Shown here: in pieces, positions 13,838 through 26,569 of the stretch
How the letters are laid out: every line of letters starts with the position of its first letter
Numbering within the stretch: position 1 is the stretch's first letter
From: Epiperipatus broadwayi
Lineage: Eukaryota > Animalia > Onychophora
DNA length: 64,000 nucleotides
Assembly: GCA_028023455.1 (NCBI GenBank)
Contig: JAQFVV010000002.1
Location: 7,378,001 to 7,442,000 of the forward strand
Reading direction: 5' to 3'
The notes under the pieces: model-generated
What the model saw: the letters and a program-made list of their open reading frames with translations, nothing else
Databases searched by the model: none
What the model was told of the DNA's origin: nothing
Position numbers and translations under genes: made by a program

Positions 13838-14645
13838 ACAAGTATTTTGTGGATTAAAATGGGAAGCTAAGGGTGTAAATTAAATGGAGACTATTTAAGT
13901 CATTTAGATTTTGAAGATGATATAATTATTTTTGCAAATAATTCTTTAGAGCTTCGGGAAATGTTACAAGAGTTATCAGATGAAAGAAAGTAAGACTAAA
14001 GGTAAATGCTAAAAAACTTATGTTTACTGGATTTCCTCAAAAGAAGAAAATAAATATTGTTAGTGATGAGTTAGAAAGTTAACAATTACAAATATCTTGG
14101 TCAGATTATGACTAAATGTGGAAACATAATGGATGAAATTAATCATGGAATTAAACTTGGTTGGAGTGCTTTTGGTAGAAATAATATAATATTAAAAGAA
14201 ATATGCCTAGAATTTGAAAAAGGCTTTTAATAAATTTTTATTACCACTTTTTACTTCTATATCTGAGACTTGGACACCTAATAGAAGAGTATAGACTTCA
14301 GATGACTCAATCAAGTATGAAGAGATGCATGTTGGGAGTAACAAGAAAAGATTGTAAATGAAATACATGAATGTGAAAACAATCATTACTGACATCAATG
14401 AAAGAATTAAGAGATTGAAGTGAAGTTGGGCTGGATATATTGCTAGAAAAAATGATAATAGATACATTTAAAATCTTAAAATGGATATCAAGAGATTGTA
14501 AAAGATCTCAGAAGAGGCATATTTGAAATGAATGAATAAAATAAGGAAGTGTGCTCAGATGATGTAGAGAAAAAAGGTTAAAGATCTTAGAAGATGAATT
14601 GATCATGGAAAAAATCTTTATTCTGCAGTGGATTGATAATGATTG
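13838..14645 (+). mobile_element. RTE-clade LINE 3' fragment
   Basis: Colinear with 61460-62280 of the full-length RTE (ttgtggattaaaatgggaagct..., ttaaacttggttggagtgctttt, tgggctgg). Ends in gcagtggattgataatgat. Confidence 0.85.
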
Positions 14646-16254
14646 AAAATATTGAAATGATAATCATATTCATCATAATTTGACAATATCAAAGATCTGT
14701 ATTTTGATGTTCAAATGCTTTAATTATCATGAAAATGTTTAGAGAATCAAGTAATATACATTCTTTTGTCTTTTTATTTAGATGTAATATACCATACCAA
14801 ACAACTTTAAAGTATGACTTGTTATTTTAGCTAGTATAACTCCAATGTTCTCTATATAAAAGTTAATATTTTTAGCAATGATCTTGTATAGAATGGAAAG
14901 AAGATTGATAGTTCTATAATTTTTTATTATTATATTTTGTCACATTCTTGATTATTAATACTACTACTGCTTTATTGCAATTATCTGACACATCTTTATA
15001 ATTTTAGCATTTGGTATATTATAGTGTGACCAACAATTATTTTACTTTTTTCACCTGTTTTTTTAAGATATCAATAATTCCATCATTTTTTTGGAATTTT
15101 TCATGCTTATTACATTTAATTGCATAATTAAAGTATTTGGCAATTGAGAAGTTGTAATTGTAGTGGATACTTTGTTTTAGTATATGTTTTTTTCGGTATA
15201 GTTTATTGGAGGCCTATTTTGCTCACTTAGTGATGTTAGTGCTTTTTTTTTAATTTTTTATTAATAGTGTTATTTTTTGTCTTAGTGATGAAACAATGTT
15301 TTTCAAAAGTATTATTTTATTCTGCTGAGGTTTTTACTATTTTGTAAATTCTCTTGCCAATCTAAAGTCAACTTAATTCCAGATATTCAATGGATCATTT
15401 TTATAATATTATTAGTAGCATTCATAGAAAAAAAATTGAGGCAGACACCAGTTTTTTCTTTTAATTTTGGATGTTTAGAAAAAATGCTTGGGAGAATCCT
15501 TCCTCATTTTATGAAAGTTATAATACTGTCATAATTAAGGATTTTTGATCAATTCAACCAGCAGAAATTCTATTTAACAGAATCCCCAAAAAATTAAGCT
15601 GATTAAAATGACAAAAATTAACTTGTAAATTACACTGTTAATATGGAAAACAATGCAATAGCTAAAATCACATTATATCAGGGTGAAATAAATCCAATTA
15701 GTGCACTAACCAACTAAATATGTAGTTTTCTACAGATGCCAGTTTTGAAAATGACTCATTTCAACATGCAATAACTGTTGAGGATCTAGGAGTAGTATTA
15801 CCTATTATTTTTCATTTGATTTTTATTAGCTTATTTATGATGAATGCTCAAGCCAATCATACTATCATTCTATGCATAGAATAACTCAAGAAATGTAGTA
15901 CATCAAATAAAGTCTTAAACTTTAATAATTGTCTTACAAATCATTATTAAAAAAGTTTGAACCTATATTTTTACTAAAGTGTAAAATCATAATTCTGATG
16001 CTATACTATGGTAAGATCATTTTTTATTTAAAATAAAAGGTTTTTATAAAAGAATAATAACATTTATAGCAAATATTAATATTGATCTTAATATTCTCTA
16101 AATAATGTTAACATTTTGTTTTCCCTTTAAATATATATTTATTTCTTTTTTCCATAAAATAAGTTTTTTTATTAACATTAAAGCAAATAGAATTTATAAT
16201 TAATTTCTCATTCAATTATTTACTAATATTTAATATTTATTATAACTCTGATAT

Positions 16255-16610
16255 ATCTGTTTATCGATTGATTGATGTTTTACCAATCTTTATATTATAA
16301 TAATTAAGTAATAATAATTATATGGATGTTTATATTGGATGTAAGCATATTGGAGCAAGTCAAATTCTATGTAATTAAATAAATTTTCTCCAATATGAAT
16401 ATATATTGAACCAAAATTTTTGATGTATATTTTATTTTTTATGTGTTGTGTTTATCCCTAAATATCATATAAAATGTATAAATATTGTAAATAAATTTTG
16501 TTTTGTTTATATTATTTTAAGTTTAGTTACCTATTTCTCACTCTCTCTTCCCAAACCTATTTAAAAATAGCTACACATACCTTATGATAAATTGCCATGT
16601 TTTTCTTTTA
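16255..16610 (-). repeat. Dispersed ~350-bp repeat, inverted relative to 51010-51360
   Basis: The reverse complement matches by eye (aaaaacatggc...gtagct...taggttt...gagagagtgagaaat...atttatttaca). Family unknown. Confidence 0.7.
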
Positions 16611-17059
16611 AGCTAGTAGTGGGAAAATTGAGGGGCTAATATTTAAGAAGCTAGGGAGGGATTTGAACCTGATCTATAGATATTTCTCATTTTAAAGACA
16701 ACATCCTAATCTGCAGTATGGCAGTTATGTTTTTAATAAATAAGTAGTATCTATATTGGCAAGGGATAGACCCTCTCTATACTTAGATATTTTTGAAGGG
16801 AAATGGTCAAGAAATATGACTGGATACTCAGTCTGACTATCATTAGTTAAGATATTAAGTCTATTATTCCTAACACCCATTAACCCAAGGATTTAAAGAC
16901 TCATACATTTTTATGGATTGTATGGATCCTTTATTATTATTATTTTTTTATTGAATTTTTCAAGCATAAACCATCATGAAGTCTTGTAAGATTTAAAATG
17001 ATTTTCAAATTGAAACTTAAATTCACCAGAATATTTCTGATGGTTAAAAATATTCATTG

Positions 17060-18132
17060 TTAATATTTTCTTAATCATTTCTGCCCCTCTAGTTTTGCTT
17101 TAATGCATATCTCCCTTCCCACTCATTAATAATTCTTTCCTTTTATTAGTTAAAATATAATCTAATTCTATTGTATCTCCATTGGGATGATTGTTTTTTT
17201 AAAAAAGTATTCATAATATATAGATTTATATCCTTTTTCCTTTCTATCTCTATATCCATATTTATCTTCAGCACTTTGATCTTTCAATTATTTTCCAATT
17301 CTAGCATTTAAATATTTCACAAAAAGAAGTTAAATGCTTTTTGGTCTGATCAAAAGATTTTTATATATTTAAATGAAATCTCTATTTTTTTTATCACATG
17401 GAAATTTGTTACATTAACTTGAATTATCTAATTCTTCCATTAAACTGAATAATTAATTTTGTCTCTGTCTGATTACCATCAATCTCCATAGTATAGTTCT
17501 ACCATTTTTTTATATTTGTAATATTGTTTTTCCAATATTTGTGCTTTTACACTAAATTTAAAACATGTTTTCTTTTCAATGCAATAAAATGTATCTCTTC
17601 TAACTTTACAAAATATGACAATGTTTCATTAATATTAGACAGTTCCCATTTATCCAATTCTTCTTCATTTCCTTAAAAATGATTTGCAAACAAACATAGA
17701 TTCATAGCCAAGGTATTTTCAACTTTCTCTGCCTTTGGCCCCCAATTATTGCTTTGACTGATGACTCTTCAGTCTTCTGACAAGAAGGGACATAATTCAG
17801 TTTTTTCTATCATGATTATAAATATAAAAGAGAATCATCATTCACCCATACATCTACATCTTTAAGTTGCCTTTAAGGTAATCCAACTGATGCATCAATT
17901 AAAGTCTATCAGGCATTTATAAAAAAATCTCTAGGGTATTTTTGTTTAAACTCAGTGATAAAAGTCAGTAAACTATTCACATTAGCTTACTGGTGAATAG
18001 TCCAATCTATGTTCATTTACCATAATAATGATCAAATAATAATATTTGCAGTAACAAGGCTGGACATTAGAAATTTACTCTATTCAAGAAGGAATGAAAT
18101 GTTTTCCTTTCATGTAATAGCATAAACAGCTT
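17060..18132 (-). mobile_element. RTE-clade LINE 5' fragment (5' UTR plus endonuclease)
   Basis: The reverse complement matches 59012-60100: aatgctagaattgg, aaagtgctg, and in the UTR tgaaaggaaaacatttcattccttcttgaa versus tgaaaggagaccctttgattccccttgaa. Confidence 0.75.
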
Positions 18133-18169
18133 TGTTGTTAAAAAAATGGGTTATTCAAACCAATCCAAA

Positions 18170-18760
18170 CATAGTTTCTATTTATTTATTTTCTTTTTGG
18201 AAATATGTGCCCAATGTTCAATAGCTTTTTAAAAACAAAAAAATATAAATATGATTATTAATGAAATTATAACATATTTCAACAATAAATATGTCGTAAA
18301 AGTTATTGATAAAAATGAATGGAGCTTTCAATAGAAACAACTTAATATTAAAAAGAATTAATCCTATGTGCTTGGAAAAAAAATTAAAAATTGTATTTGA
18401 CAAGTACTTACTAATGGATGTGAGATTTGAAGATTTTTAAAAAAAAATACAAATATTGCAGACTATACAATAATGTGTAAAGAAATATATACTGAATTAA
18501 CAGTGGAAATCCAAGGGAAAAGACAATTGTTTATAAATTTATACTACAGAATAAATTAAATGACTAAAATAAAGTTGGATTGGACATGTTGTTTAATGAT
18601 ATGATAATAGATAACTGAACACAAAAAGGTTATTAAAAGGCATAAAAAGAAACCACACATAAAAATATATGAGTAACTTTGAAAGATAATAGTAGAAGTT
18701 AATGGTGACTGGATAATACTAAGTTGTGCAACTTTTTCCTGAAACAGCACACTAATAGCT
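18170..18760 (+). mobile_element. Decayed RTE-like RT C-terminal fragment
   Basis: aatggagctttcaatagaaacaacttaatattaaaaag and aagttggattggacatgttg parallel the W.AF...L.LK and KW.WAGH segments at 61790-62080. Confidence 0.55.
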
Positions 18761-19787
18761 CATAATAAATTATAAATTTAATTTAATAATAAGTCTTAGT
18801 GTTTTACAAGTCATCATTACAGATCTCTTAAATACTTTATGATTTTCAGAAAGTAACTACAGTGTATCTTAAATATAATAGAGGAAAAAAGAGGCAGAAT
18901 TTTTATTGTATATTTATCATATATTTTTATGTGTTTTTGAATGTAAAATTTTTAAATGCTGAAATAATTTATGTTAAAAGATTGCAAATAATACAAATTA
19001 CAATTAATGACATTTAGTGATATCACTGATTTGTAATGTCAAGTGATTAATGCCAAGTTATCCTTTGATAAAGTTATCTTAACTTAATTTTAATCTGAGT
19101 ACACGTACTTAATATTTGAGATGCATAATGTGCATAAAACATTTAACATGTTACAGAAGTCAAAATGGTAATAAAAGTATTAGTGACTTTTTGTGCCTTA
19201 ATCTTCTGTTGTACCCATTATATCATATTCAATAATTTATGTAATAACATCTATTGTTTGTTAAAATATAACTTGCTTTCTAGGAATTTAAATTTGTCAA
19301 GATGAGAAAAAATATTTTCATTTTTTAAATAATAATTTTTATGCAGAACATGTACATATACAATGGCAATTCTCATGCACAGTTACTTTAGATGCTATTC
19401 TGAGTCTCACTGATATAAAGTGACCCAAAAGTTATATTTGATATAAAGATCTTATGCATTTTACTTTAATTAAGAATATTACAACTTATAAAATTTCAAA
19501 CTCTAAAAAAATGTAAGTACAGCCATGTGTAGACATACACAACGACAAATGTACATACATATTGTATTTAAATATTAACATTCAGTGTACTTCTTAAAAA
19601 AAAAAAAAAAAAATTATTTATTTTTATTTTTTAAATTTTAAAAGGCATAAAATTATAGATTTTGACTCCTACCTGAATGGTGGTGGTCTGACCTGAATGA
19701 CCCAACCCACATTTTCAATGATTGTAGTTTTACTGATAAATTAAGAGCTATTTTGGTTTCTATCTCAGGTTGCTATTTAACTTGTAG

Positions 19788-19905
19788 TTATTGGCTGCTT
19801 TTGATCCTTTTTTTCCTCCTCTTTATAATCCATATAAAAACTATGAATATTATTCTCAAAGAGAGGTTTTCTATAAGAAATATTTATCTGGAGTTCTCAG
19901 AACCA
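19788..19905 (+). CDS. Candidate internal exon of an unidentified host gene (LLAAFDPFFPPLYNPYKNYEYYSQREVFYKKYLSGVLRT)
   Basis: Acceptor tttaacttgtag and donor A|gtaagt enclose a 118-nt open frame. Third positions are almost all A/T, with G/C concentrated at positions 1-2. No TE similarity was seen and the protein is not recognised. Confidence 0.5.
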
Positions 19906-22522
19906 GTAAGTTAATTTCAACTTCATTAAAATTTTTAATCATCAATCTGATAACTATTATTTAATTTTGTTTTGTTTTTATTCACTTTTAACTTGAATTG
20001 TGAAACTGGATTGTGAAAAATGTTTTTTAAAGTTAGAGAAGCATGAATATATATATATCACTTATAACCTAATTAAAATAAAAATTGATAACTTAAAAAA
20101 TAATAAATAATTTTATAAAATCATATAAAGTTAGTATATTTAATTCCTAATGCAAATGTTTGTATTTAAGTGTTTTATATTTTTAAAAGTAAATAATATT
20201 TGTATTTTTTTTTAATATGTAAACATTATAAATTGAAGATTGTACACTATCTGAATAATCAGTTGAGCAACGTAAAAACTAATTTATGTTGTAACAGTAT
20301 TTAATTTTGCCATATTATTTTCAAGCACATCTTTACAATTTATTACTGCTATTATAATGATATACATATTTTTTTCTACATAAATATATTTTGTAAATCA
20401 AATTCTCTATCCAAAAACAGGTTAAGCAGTAGCATACTAACAATTATATATTTGACTACCATTGTTATAATATTATCACTTCTTTTGTCCTTCTAAACAC
20501 AGAAAATTGTTTTATCTCATATTTACAGCCACATTATAAATGTTAGTGAACTCTAGTGACTGAATCTTCACTAAAAAAATAACTAAATTTTTTACATAAT
20601 TAAGCTTATTTATTTACTCTTTAATATTTAAAAACTGAGTTAAATTGAATTCATTTTTTATATGTATAACTTAATATTACTTTTGTAAACAAAAGTCGTA
20701 AATCTCATGTCTTTATATGATATTAAATTACATTTTTTTAAAAAGTAGTTTTGTAAATATTTTATGTAGAAGTCTAATTTTAAATATATCAATACTTATA
20801 TACAGAGTAAAACTTCTAAAATGACATTTGGCTGCATTTAATCTATTCTTGTTATTTTCCAAATGTCTTTTAACATTTTATTTGTTTTGTGATGTCATAA
20901 AGACACACAAAAGACTGTGTAAGAGAAAAATATTTATTAGAATTTATTGAGCTGCAATTGAAAATCGTAAACTACATGAACTACACAGCTTTTGAGAGTA
21001 TTCAGTATTTTTTTTAATTAATATGTTTTTTCATGCAATATATTTGCTTTTTTTAAATTATAAAAATTATAGTAAAATGTTTTTATTACATCATTATCAT
21101 CATTTTTATTTGATTTATGAATAAAAAATTCTGACTACTCTTATATAAATTTTTGTCTTAGTACATAATTGTTATCTTTAAAGATTGTTTTAATGTTTAC
21201 TACATCAGTCTCTAATAAATGTTAAGTTTATATTTTCATCTATATTTTTGTATATGTGTTGAAAAAAAAATGCCTGTATATTTTTTTTAATTTTTTTTTT
21301 TTTTACAATTGTCATTTTTTAACATTATATGATAGTTAAAAAATAGATAATAAATAATCAAAATAGAATTAAATACTAATAAAACTATTCACAAAATGAA
21401 AATCTACAAAATTTTCTTTATCTTGTGATTATAGTTTTATATTAGAAGAATAGATCTTTTCAAATGAAAACTGCAATAATAATAATAATAATAATGACAA
21501 TAATATATACTCATATAACTATACACAATTTAAAGGCAATTTTTACTTATCTCTAACATTAACAGAAGTTTTTAATTTTTCGGTTAGTTTTAAAATGTGC
21601 ACACATATATGTTATTTTTGTTTGTAGTTTTTACTTGAAAAGATCTTTGTCTAATAGTTGAAACTATGTTGTGATATGAAGAAAATTTTGCAAATTTCAA
21701 CTATGCTAATATTTTAATGCTATTTAATTTTACTTTGATAATATGTATTTGTATAATCTTAAATAGTATTATACTTATATAATACATAAAGATCTAATAT
21801 TAATTTTTTAGCAATACTAATACATGTTTATTAATAAAAAATAATTAAAAATATAATAACATAACATTATTTTGCTTAACTTGCTTTATATATGTTTAGC
21901 ATTTTATCTAATTATTTGAATAAAAAAGAGAGAAAAAATAAATCTTTAATAGAAATATAAGCTTGATTATATGAACTGTCTTTAAAATCAATATGATTTT
22001 ATGCTAAAAGTTTTTAAAATAAATATATATTTTTTCAAACAAAATTTTTAATGTCTTATATTTTTATCTATCAAGAGTTGGAAACAAAAGTTAGTAATGG
22101 AGATAGTGATCATATGATGTTTAGTGGTTTAATGGAGGAAAAAATACATTTGTTCATTTTATATCTATATCACTCATACCATTTAATAAATTTACCATTT
22201 AAAATTCTAGAGAATGTTTTTTTTTCTGCTCCTATGATATAAAGCTTTTAATTTTACAATTACAAAGATCTTCAAAAAAGGGTGGGGGGTAAAAAAGTTC
22301 GTTGAGAGATTTATCTCATTACTATTATCAATTTTTAATATAATTAAAAGCTTAATACAAAAGAAAACTATTGAAAACAGTTCAGAATCTTAGAAACTGA
22401 AAGAGGTATAATTAAATTTTAAATAAATTAAATCATTAACTAACAAACACAGTTTTCTATTTTAAAAACAACTCACTAATTTCAATATATAAATAAAACA
22501 TATGGCTTCTTCTTAATAAATG

Positions 22523-22848
22523 TTGTTGTATTATGTGAACTATTATAAAATAAATAAATAACACTACAACATTTTGACTATATTCTTTTATAGTCTTTAT
22601 CAAGGAACAAATTAAAATATATATAAAAAACAATAAATATAATGCAAATTTGAGATTGTTTGTTAGAATATTTTTAAGATTTATTTGTATTTGTTATATG
22701 TATTTGGATTATTGTGGAATATTTGTATTTATATTTATTGTTTTTTATATATTTTTTAGTTTGTTCCTTGATAAAGCCTATAAAAGAATATAGTCAAAAC
22801 GTTGGAATGCTATTTATTTATTTTATAATAGTTCATATAATAAAACAA
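22523..22848. repeat. Foldback/MITE-like element with ~125-bp TIRs
   Basis: 22523-22649 (tattatgtgaactattataaaataaataaata...caaggaacaaat...) is the reverse complement of 22721-22848, with a ~70-bp spacer. Confidence 0.85.
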
Positions 22849-24679
22849 GATTTAGAAAGAAGAGTATCTGTTTTATTTATATAATTAAAATTTAAAATAT
22901 TTACTCATATCAAATATTTAGAGTTATTTAAGGATATATATGTGCTATGGTTGGCTGAAAGAATTATAACAGACTTCATCCCATTAAGATTCATGGCATT
23001 CATTAAAAAGAATTTTTTTTTTATTTATCTAATATTAATTCTAAAATATATTTCTCTCTCCCTCTTTTTTGTTTGAAAAAAAACAACAAACAAACAACAA
23101 CAATGTATTTTTGTAAACTCTTTGATATTAGGTAATAGAGGTATGGATTTATAGACAAGTTCTGGTATAATAGATGGTATATAAGAATGAAAAATATATT
23201 CTTTGTATTAAATATAACATGTTATACTCATAAAATGCATCACTCTCTTTTACATGTTTTTTAAAGCATTTTTTTCTTTCAATTATGCAGTCAATATGAT
23301 CATACATTGTCTAGATCAAATGCATGTTATATAAACTTCTGGTGAAGGCTATGCAAATCTCAAGTTATATAACCTTACACTCTCTTACTATTTTTGTAAT
23401 TTAAAAAATTAAATATAAAATAAGACATTGACTCTATTTTAAATTATATGCACAATAAGTGATACTACAATAAAAGAGAAATGAAAAATATTTATAGTTA
23501 GTCTATCTTTCTATTGCGCTGTATCAAATAATAATTATTAGAACTTTAACCAAACTTAGATAGTTTAGTTTAAAGAAATTGTAGCGATCTGTTTATTATT
23601 TAGAATTGTATCATTTTATTCTAAAATAATAATTATTATTTTATACATTTTAAGATTTGCCAACATTTATAATTTATTACAATTAAGATTTTGAATGCTC
23701 TTTTATACTGATTTTAAATAACTCAAATATCACTGTTGTTACAAATATAAATGTATAATTTGATAAATACAACAAATGTAAATAGTTTAAATATGGAGGT
23801 TTCAAATACCTTTCATCCTCATCATTTATTTTGCCTTTCCCATTTATTCATTATAATATACATATATATGATATTCAAGGGTTTTATTAATAATAGATCA
23901 TAATACTGTTTACTAAAAAACTCATAAACCAAAAAATAAACATACAGAAATTTGAATATATATTTGGACATCATTTAAAGAAATAATCATGTGATCATTT
24001 ATAATACTTTATCATATTGATGAAAATTAATTTTTAAATGAGTATCAAAATACATATCTTAAACAAGTAAATGATTTAATGAAATTGAAATGCAAAAATT
24101 AATAATGATAATATTTGCTTTTAATTTACTTATAGTTTTTTTAAATCTTTTAATATGATGTCTGGCAAAATATAAGTATTTTTTTTAAAAATGAATACCT
24201 CAATTAAATATAAACAAATATTGAATAGAATACAATAAAATTGTTAGCAGACCTATTATTTAATCACAATAGCATTTTTATTTGTATAATATCTTTTAAA
24301 AACTTACTAAGTTTTGTAATGAAAGAAATAATTTTAATGCATTATATTTATGATTCCTTTAAAAGTTTATAGACAAAAAACAGAATGGAGAGGAAGAAAA
24401 ATGTTTAAATGTAATCATCTACAAGTATATGTAAGTGCATTTTCCTAGTCTCTCCTGTTAATCTTGATAAAACTTTTCTAGTTAAATTAATGTTGTTTAA
24501 TAATTTATGTATTTTCTATTTTATTTAAGACTTCTTTATAAAGCTACAAACTTTTATTAAATTGGATATAATATTTATACAATTTTCTTCTTCTTTCCTT
24601 ACATATTGATTTTTATATTTACATATCCAAACTTCTTATATACTTAACAATATTAATTTTTTATACCAAAACTTTTACT

Positions 24680-25260
24680 CTTATAGTTTTGACTGTCCTG
24701 CAGTCATCATCAGAGCTACAATATCCAAATATATGATCATGCAATTAATACATTATATTTGCATACACAATAAAAAAAAAAACATCTTAACCTGACCATT
24801 ATAAATAATCATTTTCCAATTTATAATTTTATTCTTGTCTAATTTTATTTTTTTATTTATATTATTTTATTATTAAATTATTTTAAAACTATTTATTATA
24901 ATTTTAAAACTATAATCTTTAACTTTACTATTTAACCTATCATTTTATTATTATTTTTTTATTTATATTTTCTTAATTACTTCTAAACTTTCTTTATTTT
25001 ATTATACATTTTTAACTATTAACTTTTTTATATTATAAATTACCTTTTTTTATTATTATATTACTAAATATTTACACCTTTATAATCCTATTTCCAAAAA
25101 CCAACTAACAAATTTTAAAAATTTCTTTTACTTGCTTAACAACTTCCTCTATCATTATTTTCTTCAACATTATTTTTAAACCTTTTTATATTCAAATTAT
25201 TAATTATAATAACTATAATTATTCATACACTTATTGTCTTTACCCCATAATAAAAATATA
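24680..25260 (-). mobile_element. Probable decayed PLE 3' end with a hammerhead-like motif
   Basis: The minus strand has gct-ctgatga-t-gactg-cagga-cagtc-aaaac-tataag at about 24685-24715. Upstream A-rich text gives ESLEVIKK...NDRLN, resembling the LESLEI.K...LNDQ end of PLE GIY-YIG domains. The protein match is weak. Confidence 0.4.
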
Positions 25261-25584
25261 AAACAAAATCTTAATAGGGATTTTGGGATAAAATAATGAG
25301 AATGTACATCATAATAAAATATTAAAAAAGAATTGCCTTAAAATAAAGAGAGCTTACATTTTAATTCCTACATATTTGCTATAAGCATATAAACACTATC
25401 AATACAACAAATAATAAGAAAGAGTCAAATGCTATTATCCCTTTTAGAAAATAGGCTAACAAAAATACTGATGGAGATTAAATACCATCCTTAAAATATA
25501 CTGGCATATAAAAACACTCCTAAAGTAGAAAGAGAATAAATCAATCATATATAACAAAAATACAACAACTAACAAATATGAAAT

Positions 25585-25748
25585 ATGATAAATACGAATA
25601 ATTAATTAATACCAATATGGTTCTATTAATATTAGTCAGTAAGTCATAAATAAATCATAGAATATGACATGATAAATAACAATAATTAATTAATATCAAA
25701 TATGATTCTATTAATATTAGATAGTAAGTCATAAATAAATAATAGAAA
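25585..25748. repeat. Tandem duplication, 84-bp period
   Basis: atgataaata...ttctattaatattag...gtaagtcataaataaat occurs twice, starting at 25585 and 25669. Confidence 0.85.
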
Positions 25749-25872
25749 AATACATCAGCTTACATCATAAAAATATATCTTCATTAATAAATTATTCATA
25801 TTTTAAAAAGTGAGACACATATATTTCAAAACATGTAAATATGATAATATACTTTTCTGAAAACTTTAACCT

Positions 25873-26569
25873 TAAAATGTAATCTTCAATAGCTTTTATT
25901 CCTCTTTCCTTCTTTATTTTTGCTTTTCTAATATATAACATATAATAACCACATTCCACTCTTTTTATACTTTAAAGCAAAATATATTTATTAATATTAC
26001 AGTTTTGACTGTTCCTAGCAGTCTTCATCAGATCTTATTATCTACTAAAACTTTCTTTACTCCACCATTTTCTACCCCATCTCTTTCCTTCTTTATTTTG
26101 CTTTTCTAATATATAACATATAATAACCACATTCCACTCTTTTTACACTTTAAAGCAAAATATATTTGTTAATATTACAGTTTCAACTGTTCCTAGCAGT
26201 AAAGAAAGTTTTGGTAGATAATAAGATCTGATGAAGACTGCTAGGAACAGTCAAAACTGTAATATTAATAAATATATTTTGCTTTAAAGTGTAAAAAAAG
26301 TGGAATGCAGTTATTATATGTTAAATATTAGAAAAGCAAAAATAAAGAAGGAAAGAGGAAGAGAAGCTATTGAAGATTATATTATAATATAAGGAATAAT
26401 ACACGAGTAAATGGTGAAGGAAGATGGGATAGAAAATGGTGTAATAAAGAACATTTTAGAAGATAATAAGATCTGATGAAAACTGCCAGGAACAGTCAAA
26501 ACTGTAATATTAATAAATATATTTTGCTTTAAAGTGTAGAAAGAGTGGAATGTGATTATTATATGTTAG
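25873..26569. mobile_element. Non-coding hammerhead-bearing multimer (245-nt unit), tandem plus inverted, with 11-bp TSD
   Basis: Plus-strand ctgatga lies at 26228 and 26473, and minus-strand copies at 26025-26031 and 26178-26200 (partial). The direct repeat aactttaacct flanks the element at 25862-25872 and 26570-26580. Confidence 0.8.

Noticed and set aside
14207-14467. ORFs such as 14207..14467, 36430..36615, 49018..49227, 59147..59500, 59778..59969, 60490..60726, 60748..60996 and 61872..62330 as genes
   Set aside because: They are antisense shadows of TE coding sequence on the other strand.
19769-19905. Longer version of the 19.8-kb exon using the upstream AG in another open frame
   Set aside because: Codon-position GC bias supports the frame starting at 19788.
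24840-25780. Mitochondrial insertion (NUMT), suggested by strand skew and hydrophobic translations
   Set aside because: I could not find any diagnostic ND1, ND6 or CYTB motif in the invertebrate mitochondrial code. A PLE-tail reading fits the adjacent hammerhead motif better, though only BLAST can formally exclude a NUMT.
25873-26569. CRISPR-like array
   Set aside because: The whole unit repeats (no unique spacers), the context is eukaryotic and there are no cas genes.
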